64,000 bases of DNA from positions 90,315 through 154,314 of the forward strand of contig LBPF01000001.1 of NCBI GenBank assembly GCA_000990005.1, in the 5' to 3' direction. This document shows, piece after piece, positions 49,644-58,445 of the stretch (position 1 is the stretch's first letter; each line of letters begins with the position of its first letter). Both the position numbers and the translations under genes were made by a program. Under the pieces are notes generated by a model. That model made no database searches and was not told the origin of the DNA. It saw nothing but the letters and a program-made list of their open reading frames with translations. This DNA comes from Candidatus Woesebacteria bacterium GW2011_GWB1_33_38. Lineage in GTDB: Bacteria; Patescibacteriota; Microgenomatia; UBA8517.

Positions 49644-50232
49644 AGACAAAAACGGCAACGCCCTATCAATAAGTGATGTGTTTAAAAAAGTTCTAAACAG
49701 AATATCTAATTACTTTTTAGATTTTGAACTAATGCTCTTAAGATGGGTTGGACATGTTCCATCTCATACTATTAGAAATTTAAAATATAAGTTCTTTGGT
49801 ATAAAAATCGGTAAAGGTTCAACACTTCATATGTGGGCTAACTTTTTTAACCCCAGAAACATTCAAATTGGTGAAGATTCCATAATAGGAGATCATGCAT
49901 TTCTTGATGGTAGAGATAAGATCGTGATTGGTAATCATGTAGATATTGCATCATCTGTAATGATCTATAACTCAGAACATGATTTGGAAAGTGAAGATTT
50001 CAAGGCCAGGACTGAGCCTGTAGAAATTGGAGACTATGTGTTTATAGGTCCTAGGGTAATAATTATGCCTGGGGTCAAGATAGGGAAGGGCGCGGTTGTT
50101 GCTGGTGGAGCTGTAGTTACAAAAGATGTAGAACCTTTTACAATTGTAGGTGGTGTACCTGCAAAACCAATATGTGAGAGAAAGAATAAAAATCCAAATT
50201 ACAAACTAGGTAGAGCTAGACTATTCCAGTAA
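49636..50232 (+). CDS. Hexapeptide-repeat O-acyltransferase (left-handed beta-helix)
   Basis: IGKGS, IGEDS, PVEIGDYVFIG, GAVVTKDV and GGVPAK. Confidence 0.9.
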   Translation: MIKDKNGNALSISDVFKKVLNRISNYFLDFELMLLRWVGHVPSHTIRNLKYKFFGIKIGKGSTLHMWANFFNPRNIQIGEDSIIGDHAFLDGRDKIVIGNHVDIASSVMIYNSEHDLESEDFKARTEPVEIGDYVFIGPRVIIMPGVKIGKGAVVAGGAVVTKDVEPFTIVGGVPAKPICERKNKNPNYKLGRARLFQ

Positions 50233-50748
50233 ATGAAAAAAATTTTAAAAATATTGTTTTTTATAGCTTCTTTATTTCTTTTGTTTTATGTTTTACCTCA
50301 AAGCCCAGAATTTCCAAAACCACTACCTGCTTCAGTGCAATCTTTTGAACCTGCTGACGTGGAAACACCATTAAGACGAGGATATTATACAAATCTTACT
50401 CGTCAGGAAATAATTGAGCATTACCAAAAAGAATTTAATGAGGGTTTCATTTATACTCCCAGACTTAATTATCCTCCTGAGGAAGCTCCAGCTTTAATTA
50501 GAGATCAAACAAAGAGTACATTTTTAGAAGAATTAGTACACCCATTAAGAGAATCTCTTTTCATAAACGGTTTCGAATCTAAAAAGACAATATATCAACT
50601 GGTGATTGATGGGGTGACTTGGGATCAAAAAGTTATTGTTCGATATGTTCCAAGTGCAATTTGGCTTAGAGTCTTAATTGTGTTTCTAACTATTGTCAGC
50701 ACGATTGTTTTGATGAGAGAATATCAAATATGGCAAAAGAAAGATTAG
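50233..50748 (+). CDS. Hypothetical protein with N- and C-terminal TM helices
   Basis: Coupled ORF with hydrophobic termini; no recognised motif. Confidence 0.65.
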   Translation: MKKILKILFFIASLFLLFYVLPQSPEFPKPLPASVQSFEPADVETPLRRGYYTNLTRQEIIEHYQKEFNEGFIYTPRLNYPPEEAPALIRDQTKSTFLEELVHPLRESLFINGFESKKTIYQLVIDGVTWDQKVIVRYVPSAIWLRVLIVFLTIVSTIVLMREYQIWQKKD

Positions 50749-51659
50749 ATTTATCAATTGTAATCATATCCTCAAAGTTAGACTATTTAAACGACTGTCT
50801 AGAAACTTTATATTCTTCACTTAGGGGAGTAAAAAATGAAGTTATTTTAATCGATAATGTTTCAGTAGATAAAATTGGAGAAAAAATCAAATTAAAATAT
50901 CCAGCAGTTAAGGTTATTAGACGCGATGTGAATGGAGGATTTGGTGAAAATAACAACATGGGGATGAGGATTGCCAAGGGTCGTTATGTACTTCTCTTAA
51001 ACGATGATACAAAAATGATTGATAAGGAGATTTTCAAAGAAATGATTAATTGGATGGATAGTCATCCAAGGGTAGGTTTAGCCTCCTGTGCACTTTTGAA
51101 TCCTGACCTTAAAAACTATCAAGGTTCAGGTGGTTATTTTCCAACACTTCCAAGAGTTATAACTTGGATGTTGTTTATTGATGATATTCCATATCTTGAT
51201 AAATTAATTAAACCATATCACCCTATGCATGGATATTCATTTTTTCATACTAACGAAGAGTATTTTAAGGTAAGTCACAAACAAGATTGGGTTACAGGAG
51301 CCTTTTTTCTTATGCGAAAGACGGCTATGGACCAATCTGGTATATTTGATGAAGACTTCTTTTTGTATGTTGAAGAAGTTGAGCTTGCCTACAGAGTAGC
51401 CAAAAAAGGTTGGGAAACTTGGTATCTTCCAAAATGGAAAATAGTGCATTATGGAATGGCCACAAATGGGAGTGAGAAAGCAACTATTATGGAAATGCAA
51501 AACTTAAGACTTTTCTATAAAAAACATAAGCCCTCCTGGCAACTTCCAGTTCTTACCTTTTTCTTGAGATTTGGTGCCTTTTTACGCCTTTTTGTATATT
51601 TAATATTGGGTCGAATAAATATTGCTAAAATATATGCAAAAGCTATTGTCGCCGTATAA
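50730..51659 (+). CDS. GT2 glycosyltransferase (WbbL-like)
   Basis: NGGFGENNN, LLLNDD, DWVTGAF and FDEDFFLYVEE. Confidence 0.9.
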   Translation: MAKERLDLSIVIISSKLDYLNDCLETLYSSLRGVKNEVILIDNVSVDKIGEKIKLKYPAVKVIRRDVNGGFGENNNMGMRIAKGRYVLLLNDDTKMIDKEIFKEMINWMDSHPRVGLASCALLNPDLKNYQGSGGYFPTLPRVITWMLFIDDIPYLDKLIKPYHPMHGYSFFHTNEEYFKVSHKQDWVTGAFFLMRKTAMDQSGIFDEDFFLYVEEVELAYRVAKKGWETWYLPKWKIVHYGMATNGSEKATIMEMQNLRLFYKKHKPSWQLPVLTFFLRFGAFLRLFVYLILGRINIAKIYAKAIVAV

Positions 51660-52965
51660 GAGAATCTTGGCCAATTTCATTGGTAAATCGAATTTTTACA
51701 AATTCTTACTGACTTTTCTGCTTATTTTTATTCCTCTATTTCCAAAATTTCCAGCCCTTCGTATTATGGGTATATATGTTTCGGTACGTTTGGAAGATTT
51801 TTTAATTCTTTTTACATTTTTGGCATTCTTAATTCCAATATTTACAAATTTTAAGTCTTTAATTAAATTAAAAATTACACGATCAATTTTGATATTTTTA
51901 TTTATAGGACTTGTATCTACAATATCTGCTATTTATTTAACCCAAACAGTTTCGTCAAAAATTGTTTTACTTCATCTTTTTAGAAGAGTTGAATACTTGT
52001 CTTTATTCTTTATTGGCTTTGCTTATGTGAAATATGTTAATACTGACAAAAAAATCTTTGAATATATTATCAAAGTCTTACTTTTAGTTAATTTATTTAT
52101 ATTTTTGTATGGTTTAGGCCAACGTTATCTAGACTTTCCAGTAGTAACCACACAAAATGAAGAATATTCCAAGGGTATAGCACTTCGCTGGGTTCCTGGT
52201 TCACATATCAATTCAACATTTGCAGGCCATTATGATCTTGCTTCCTATCTTATTTTAACTATGCCAATTTTTGCAGCTTCATTTTTTGTATTTAAGGAAA
52301 AAATAAATAAGGTGATCTTTGGCTCATCTGTTTTGATCGGATTTTGGCTTCTTTCATCAGCTGTTTCAAGGATATCAGTTGTTGCTTTTTTGATCGCCTG
52401 TTCTATTACACTACTACTTACAAAAAAATATAAAGAGATAATTATTTTTGGCTTGATAAGTTTAATAGCTTTTGGATTCTCCCCTGATTTAAGAGCTAGA
52501 TATGGCAGAATTATTGATGTCGTAAAAAATAAAATGTCTTTAGTTTATACAGTGTATGCTGCAGATGAAGGACCTGTAGTATTTGAAGACAGATCAACCT
52601 CAATTAGATTAAATGTTGAGTGGCCCAGAGCAATTAGGGCATTTACTAAAAATCCATTAGTAGGTACTGGTTATTCTTCAATTACTTTAGCAACAGACAA
52701 TGACTATTTGAGGGCAATAGGTGAAACGGGTATTTTAGGATTATTGGCCTTTATTTTAATATTTTTTAATCTTAGTAAGATTTATAAAAATATTAAATTT
52801 ACAACTGATTTTGATTCTATATTTAAAGTTGGAATGATAGGGTCTACAATAGCAATTCTTTTAACTGCTGTGTTTATTGACATCTTTGAAGCATCAAAGT
52901 TTGCAACGATGTTCTGGTTGTTTACTGGGCTTTCAGTTGGAAGTATAAATAAGATTTATGAATAA
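51634..52965 (+). CDS. Wzy_C / O-antigen ligase-like membrane protein
   Basis: INSTFAGH, SR, STSIR, PLVGTG and DNDYLRAIGETGILG. Confidence 0.8.
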   Translation: MQKLLSPYKRILANFIGKSNFYKFLLTFLLIFIPLFPKFPALRIMGIYVSVRLEDFLILFTFLAFLIPIFTNFKSLIKLKITRSILIFLFIGLVSTISAIYLTQTVSSKIVLLHLFRRVEYLSLFFIGFAYVKYVNTDKKIFEYIIKVLLLVNLFIFLYGLGQRYLDFPVVTTQNEEYSKGIALRWVPGSHINSTFAGHYDLASYLILTMPIFAASFFVFKEKINKVIFGSSVLIGFWLLSSAVSRISVVAFLIACSITLLLTKKYKEIIIFGLISLIAFGFSPDLRARYGRIIDVVKNKMSLVYTVYAADEGPVVFEDRSTSIRLNVEWPRAIRAFTKNPLVGTGYSSITLATDNDYLRAIGETGILGLLAFILIFFNLSKIYKNIKFTTDFDSIFKVGMIGSTIAILLTAVFIDIFEASKFATMFWLFTGLSVGSINKIYE

Positions 52966-54367
52966 TTTAATTACTCTCATGAAAAGGATTGTGAAAAATG
53001 AGTATTTTGTACTTTCAATAATACTCGTTTTGGGCCTTGTTGTGCGTTTTTATAAAATCAATAATCCAGTTGCTGATTGGCATTCTTGGCGCCAAGCAGA
53101 TACTGCTTCAGTTAGTAGAAATTATGTTAAAGGCGGAATAAATATTTTGACTCCCCATTTTGATGATATTAGTGGTATTCAAAGTGGAAAAGACAATCCA
53201 ACTGGAATTAGAATGGTGGAATTTCCAATTTATAATGTTTTGCACGCTACACTTTTTAGTACTTTTGGAACGTTTAGTTTAGAACTCTGGGGAAGATTAT
53301 TAACTATACTGATTTCACTTGCAACAGCCATATTTTTGTTTTTGCTGGTTAGAAAACATTATTCAGCAAAAACTGGATTAATTGCTGCCTTTTTCTTTAC
53401 TTTTATTCCATTTAATATTTATTTCTCAAGAGTAATTTTACCTGATCCTTTAGGTGTTTTATTTGCTGTAGCTGGACTTTATTTTTTTGGTATTAACATA
53501 GTAGTTTCGGGGCTATTATTTGCGCTGGCACTTTTACAAAAACCATTTTTTGGAGTATATTTGTTTCCATTAATACCTGAGTTAATTAAAAAAGAAAATT
53601 TGAAAAAGAGTTTAGCTTTTTTGTCAATTACAATGGCCCCATTTATGGTTTGGAGATATTGGGAAAGCTTACATCCGGAAGGAATATCTTTTTACAAGTG
53701 GGCTTTTAATGGAGATAGAATAAGATTTCATCCAGCATGGTTTAGATGGTTATTTGGAGAAAGGATTGGGATTTTGATATTAGGTGGATGGGGATTAATT
53801 CCATTTGTAATGGGATTAATTAAAAAACAAAAAAACAAATTTAATTTACTTTTAAATTTGGGAATGCTTACATATTTAATTGCAGTAGCAACAGCAAACG
53901 TTAGACATGATTATTACCAAATCTTAATAATTCCTGCAATTTCTATTTCACTTGCACTTGGCTCTGTGTGGTTATGGAAAAGAAACATGGTTTCGAAATT
54001 AGTTTTAATACTTTCTATTTTAGTTATGTTTTTGGTAGGTTGGGACAGAATAAAACCTTTTTATCAAGTTAATCACCCAGAACTCATGGAAGTTGGTAAT
54101 GTTGTTGATGAAACATTGCCAAAAGATGCAAAAGTAATAGCTCCTTATAATGGTGATACTGCCTTTTTATATCAAATGAATCGCAAGGGTTGGCCTGCAG
54201 TTGATGATTCAATTGATGGATTAATTGAAAGAGGTGCCACACACTATGTTTCTCTTGATCTGGGAAGCCCTGACACAGTTAACTTTTCCAAACGTTTTGT
54301 AACCTTGCAAAAAACAGACAAGTTTATAATCTTAGATTTGCAAAAAGAAATAACCAAATATGATTAA
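52958..54367 (+). CDS. GT-C fold membrane glycosyltransferase
   Basis: HSWRQADTASVSRN, EFPIYN, FSRVILPD and HDYYQ. Confidence 0.8.
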   Translation: MNNLITLMKRIVKNEYFVLSIILVLGLVVRFYKINNPVADWHSWRQADTASVSRNYVKGGINILTPHFDDISGIQSGKDNPTGIRMVEFPIYNVLHATLFSTFGTFSLELWGRLLTILISLATAIFLFLLVRKHYSAKTGLIAAFFFTFIPFNIYFSRVILPDPLGVLFAVAGLYFFGINIVVSGLLFALALLQKPFFGVYLFPLIPELIKKENLKKSLAFLSITMAPFMVWRYWESLHPEGISFYKWAFNGDRIRFHPAWFRWLFGERIGILILGGWGLIPFVMGLIKKQKNKFNLLLNLGMLTYLIAVATANVRHDYYQILIIPAISISLALGSVWLWKRNMVSKLVLILSILVMFLVGWDRIKPFYQVNHPELMEVGNVVDETLPKDAKVIAPYNGDTAFLYQMNRKGWPAVDDSIDGLIERGATHYVSLDLGSPDTVNFSKRFVTLQKTDKFIILDLQKEITKYD

Positions 54368-54836
54368 AATTAGAAAAGGTAATATTGATAACATTCCACA
54401 AATTAAGAAATGTTTAATTGTTTCATGGGTTGACCATGCAAAAAATGTGTCAGAACTCCTTGACGAAGAAAGGATGAGAAAATCAGATATTGAAGGATAT
54501 TACAAAAAAGCGTTTGATAATGTAAAAGAAGCATTTATTTTGATTGTTGAGGTTGATGGAAAATTTGCAGGATTTTTGAGAGCTGATATTCAAAAAATTC
54601 CAGATTTCTTTAAATTTAACAATATTTTATATTTAGATGATTGCTATGTTTTGCCAGAATTTAGGAGAATGGGGATTGCCACCTTTTTGATTAAAGAAGC
54701 TGAAAAAATTGCAAGAAAAAATAAAATAAAAAGACTTCAGGGACGAGTGTATTCGTACAACAAATCAATTCAAAAACTTCTGGTCAAATTAGGTTATACA
54801 TCTCCACATTCAACTTGGGATAAGGTGTTAATATAA
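54360..54836 (+). CDS. GNAT family acetyltransferase
   Basis: YVLPEFRRMGIA and N...L..KLGY. Confidence 0.85.
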   Translation: MIKIRKGNIDNIPQIKKCLIVSWVDHAKNVSELLDEERMRKSDIEGYYKKAFDNVKEAFILIVEVDGKFAGFLRADIQKIPDFFKFNNILYLDDCYVLPEFRRMGIATFLIKEAEKIARKNKIKRLQGRVYSYNKSIQKLLVKLGYTSPHSTWDKVLI

Positions 54837-54840
54837 AAAT

Positions 54841-56046
54841 ATGAAGGTTCTTATGCTTGTGCCATTTTTACCAATTGATCAAATGTCTGGTGGGCAGACA
54901 AGATGGTATCACTTAATTAAACATTTAAGTGAAAAACATGAGATTACTTTAATGTCTTTAATTAAGGATGAAGAAGAAAGGGAATATTTACCACAAATTG
55001 AAAAGTATTGTAAAAAAGTATATGTTTTTAAACGCCCAAAATCTCCTTGGACATTTAGAAATCTTTTTTTAACTTTAATTAGTTTTAATCCACTGGTTGT
55101 AATCCGCAATTTATCTCTTGAGGAAAGAGCCGTAATTAAACATGAACTTGCAAGCCATAAATATGATCTTATTCATGCAGAAACTTTTTATGTCATGCCA
55201 CATATTCCAAAGACTAAGATCCCCATTATTTTAGTTGAACCAACTATAGAATACTCAGTTTATCAACATTATGTAGATAATGAAGTTAATGCGCTTTTAA
55301 GACCTATTTATATGTTTGATGTAATAAAGCTTAAATTCTGGGAAAAGTTTTATTGGAAACGTGCTGAAAGACTTTTTGCCGTTTCTGAAGATGACAAAAT
55401 GGTCATGCAGGGTGAAATTCCTGATATTGACGTTGGAGTTATCTCAAACGGTGTGGATCTCGATTTTTTTGAAAGTAAAAAAGTAGTTAAAAAAAGTCCT
55501 CCTCGAATTTTATATCACGGTAACTTTAAATGGATGCAAAACGTAGAAGCTGTTAACTTACTAGTTCATGAAATCTGGCCAAAAGTAAAATCAGAAATTA
55601 AGGAAGTTAAACTTTGGATTTCAGGCCGTAACATTCCACCGGAAATTGTTGAATACTCAAAGAAAGATAAAGATATTGAGGTTACAGAAAGTATTGAGGA
55701 TAACCGTGATGCTTATAAAGGGTCAACTCTTTTGGTTACACCAATTAGGGGACCAGGTGGAACAAGACTTAAAGTATTAGAAGCTATGGCCTCAGGTCTT
55801 CCTGTTGTTTCAACTCCTGTAGGTGTTGCAGGCCTTGGAATCGTGGAAGGAAAGGAAGCTTTGGTTTCTTCTAATATGGATGATTTGGCAAATATGGTAA
55901 TTGACCTCTTGAAAAACAAAGCCAAAGCTGAAAGAATAGGGAAAGCAGGTAAAGAATTTGTCAAAATAAATTTTGATTGGAAAGGCATTGTTGCTAAACT
56001 AAATAATGTATATGACGAAACCAAAGCTATCCGTAATAATTCTTAA
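54841..56046 (+). CDS. GT4 glycosyltransferase
   Basis: SGGQTR, ISNGVD and GGTRLKVLEAMASGLPVV. Confidence 0.9.
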   Translation: MKVLMLVPFLPIDQMSGGQTRWYHLIKHLSEKHEITLMSLIKDEEEREYLPQIEKYCKKVYVFKRPKSPWTFRNLFLTLISFNPLVVIRNLSLEERAVIKHELASHKYDLIHAETFYVMPHIPKTKIPIILVEPTIEYSVYQHYVDNEVNALLRPIYMFDVIKLKFWEKFYWKRAERLFAVSEDDKMVMQGEIPDIDVGVISNGVDLDFFESKKVVKKSPPRILYHGNFKWMQNVEAVNLLVHEIWPKVKSEIKEVKLWISGRNIPPEIVEYSKKDKDIEVTESIEDNRDAYKGSTLLVTPIRGPGGTRLKVLEAMASGLPVVSTPVGVAGLGIVEGKEALVSSNMDDLANMVIDLLKNKAKAERIGKAGKEFVKINFDWKGIVAKLNNVYDETKAIRNNS

Positions 56047-56893
56047 TTATAATACAAAAGAACTTCTTTCGGATTGTTTAAAATCTGTTAAGGAGTATAT
56101 GAATGAAGTTCCTATGGAGGTTATAGTTTCAGATAACTCCAGTAATGACGGTAGCCAAGAAATGATAAAGAAGAATTTTCCTTGGGTTAAATTTATTGAG
56201 GGCCCAAATGAGGGTTTTTCAAAAGGAAACAATAGAGCAAAATCTCTTGTAGAAGGTGAGATGGTTCTATTCTTAAATCCTGATACAATAGTACATAAAG
56301 ATGTCTTTGTAAAAACAGTCAGATATTTGGATGAACATCCAAAGGTGGGAGCAGTTACTTGTAAATTGGTTCTTCCAAATGGAGATATGGATAAAGATGT
56401 GAGACGTAGGTTTCCTGTTCCATGGGTTTCTTTCCAGAAGTTGGTTTTAGGTAAAAGTAAATATTATTACTATGAAGATATCCCAGATAATGCAACACAT
56501 GAAGTTGAGGCAATACAGGGAGCATTTTTCTTAACCTACAAAAAACTTTTGGACAAAGTTGGTTGGTTTGATGAGAGATATTTCTTTGATGGTGAAGATG
56601 TTGACTTATGTTTCCAGATTAATAAAGCAGGCTATAGCCTTGTTTATTATCCTGATGTCTACATAACCCACCTTAAAGGAGTAACTAAGGGAAAGGTTAA
56701 GAAATGGAGACATAAATTAACTGATCAACAGAGAAAAAGAATAAGAATGGCAGGGGTTGCCTCCATGGAGCTTTTTTATCGGAAAAATCTTTGGAAAAAA
56801 TATCCAGTTTGGTTTAGTTATTTTGTTCTTCTCGGGATAAATCTTTATAAGGTCATAAGATTTGTAAGGGTAGTTTTGTTGTCTTCATACTAA
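56012..56893 (+). CDS. GT2 glycosyltransferase (WbbL-like)
   Basis: LSVIILNYN, DNSSND, FLNPD and FDERYFFDGED. Confidence 0.9.
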   Translation: MTKPKLSVIILNYNTKELLSDCLKSVKEYMNEVPMEVIVSDNSSNDGSQEMIKKNFPWVKFIEGPNEGFSKGNNRAKSLVEGEMVLFLNPDTIVHKDVFVKTVRYLDEHPKVGAVTCKLVLPNGDMDKDVRRRFPVPWVSFQKLVLGKSKYYYYEDIPDNATHEVEAIQGAFFLTYKKLLDKVGWFDERYFFDGEDVDLCFQINKAGYSLVYYPDVYITHLKGVTKGKVKKWRHKLTDQQRKRIRMAGVASMELFYRKNLWKKYPVWFSYFVLLGINLYKVIRFVRVVLLSSY

Positions 56894-57414
56894 TGCGAAT
56901 ATTAATTGACGCTAGACTTTATGGTCCAAAAAATACTGGAAATGGTAGATATACCAAAGAGTTAGTTGAAAACCTAGCAAAGATAGATTCTAGAAATGAT
57001 TACATAATTTTACTGAGAAAAAATAATTTTAATGAAGTTAAATTACCTGATAACTTCAAAAAAGTTTTGGCAGATTTTAAACATTATTCTTTTGAAGAAC
57101 AGTTTAAACTACCATTTCTAATCAATAAATTTAAGCCTAATTTAGTTCATTTTCCTCATTTTAATGTACCCATTTTATATTTTGGGAAATTTGTGGTTAC
57201 TATACACGATCTCATAATGCATAAATTTACTGGTGGGGAAGCAACAACAAGAAAATTTCCAGTTTATCAAGTTTGGAGATTAGGTTATTACGTTACATTT
57301 ATCAAGTCTGTTTTTGGTTCAATTAAAATTATTGTTCCAAGTAAGACAGTGAAAAATGAAATAGTTGATTATTATGATATCGATCCTAAAAAAATTGAAG
57401 TAACTTATGAATAA
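56893..57414 (+). CDS. GT4 glycosyltransferase, N-terminal half of a split gene
   Basis: MRILIDARL...G.GRY, HFPHFNVP and TIHDL; ends at VTYE. Confidence 0.8.
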   Translation: MRILIDARLYGPKNTGNGRYTKELVENLAKIDSRNDYIILLRKNNFNEVKLPDNFKKVLADFKHYSFEEQFKLPFLINKFKPNLVHFPHFNVPILYFGKFVVTIHDLIMHKFTGGEATTRKFPVYQVWRLGYYVTFIKSVFGSIKIIVPSKTVKNEIVDYYDIDPKKIEVTYE

Positions 57415-57937
57415 GCAAAAATATTTTATTTATACTGGTAATGCATATCCTCATAAAAACTTAGGGAGACTTATTGATGCTACAACTTCATTAAAAGTAA
57501 AATTAAAAATAGTCTCTGGTCGAAATATTTTCATTTCAAGATTAGAAAAAATAATTAAAAATAAGAAAGCGCAAAATTATGTTGATATATTAGGTTTTGT
57601 AAATGATAAATATTTAGAAAAATTATATAAAAATTCTATTGCTTTTGTCTTTCCTACTCTTACAGAAGGTTTTGGTTTGCCTCCGATGGAAGCAATTAAC
57701 GCTGGAACACTTGCAGTAGTCTCTGATATTCCAGTGCTTAAGGAAGTTTATGCTGAAAGTGTTTTTTATTTTGATCCATTGAATGTAAATTCAATCAAAG
57801 TAGCTTTAGAAAATGTTTTAAAAATGAATGATAATGAAAGAAAATTAATAATAGAGAAATCTCAAGAATTCCTAAAAAGATACTCATGGCTTAAAATGGC
57901 CAAAGAAACATTAAAAATCTACGAGTCGGTGGTATAA
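57407..57937 (+). CDS. GT4 glycosyltransferase, C-terminal half of a split gene
   Basis: YTGNAYPHKN, EGFGLPPMEA and YSW.KMA.ETL..Y. Confidence 0.8.
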   Translation: MNKQKYFIYTGNAYPHKNLGRLIDATTSLKVKLKIVSGRNIFISRLEKIIKNKKAQNYVDILGFVNDKYLEKLYKNSIAFVFPTLTEGFGLPPMEAINAGTLAVVSDIPVLKEVYAESVFYFDPLNVNSIKVALENVLKMNDNERKLIIEKSQEFLKRYSWLKMAKETLKIYESVV

Positions 57938-57945
57938 TCAGAACT

Positions 57946-58101
57946 ATGGGATTTGAAGACAATATAGAAAAAGGAAAAACAAGTAGTAAACCAACTGTTG
58001 CATCAAAAATGACGTTTTGGGAAGCTATGAAAAATATTGAAAGACAACTTCATCAAATTGAAGAAGACCGCGAAAAACTCTTTGTGGAATATTCAAAATA
58101 A
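57946..58101 (+). CDS. Small 51-aa hypothetical protein, not in the ORF track
   Basis: MGFEDNIEKGKTSSKPTVASKMTFWEAMKNIERQLHQIEEDREKLFVEYSK*. TGGTATAAT lies 7 nt upstream; TAATG couples it to the next gene. Confidence 0.55.
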   Translation: MGFEDNIEKGKTSSKPTVASKMTFWEAMKNIERQLHQIEEDREKLFVEYSK

Positions 58102-58370
58102 TGTATATTTTTATTGATGAATCAGGTACTGGGTCAAAAATTGGACACGCAACTATTGCAGTTGTATATCTTGAGATAATAAACCAAGCTAAGTTTGACA
58201 AAAGCTATAATAAAATATTAAACGAGTTAAGGCTTGATAATTTTCACTGGGCCGAACATGGATGGAAAGTTCGACAAAGATTTATTAATAAAATTTTGAG
58301 TTTAGATTTTATATATAAAGTTGCTTTGTTTGAAAACCCCGCATTGAAGCGGGGTCAACTTTCCAAGTAG
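58101..58370 (+). pseudogene. DUF3800 family protein, apparently internally deleted (89 aa)
   Basis: MYIFIDESG start and FHW motif; lacks the family's C-terminal Q.AD motif. Confidence 0.7.
58333..58355 (-). terminator. Intrinsic terminator hairpin
   Basis: Minus strand reads ACCCCGC-TTCAAT-GCGGGGT followed by TTT (short U tract). Confidence 0.6.
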
Positions 58371-58420
58371 CTTTTTAAAGCTCGGCCAACACGGGCCTTT
58401 GTCCTTGGGAGCTTGTTAAT
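58333..58420 (-). ncRNA. Putative structured ncRNA antisense to the DUF3800 3' end
   Basis: GC-rich three-way junction (CCAAG/CTTGG enclosing GGCC/GGCC and AGCTT/AAGCT hairpins), extended -10 TGTTACAAT at 58435-58427, and a terminator. Confidence 0.6.
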
Positions 58421-58445
58421 ACTTGTATTGTAACATTTTTGTCAA

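Noticed and set aside
58440..58445. Minus-strand TTGACA as the -35 of the ncRNA promoter
   Set aside because: Only 7 bp from the -10 box; an extended -10 explains the promoter better.
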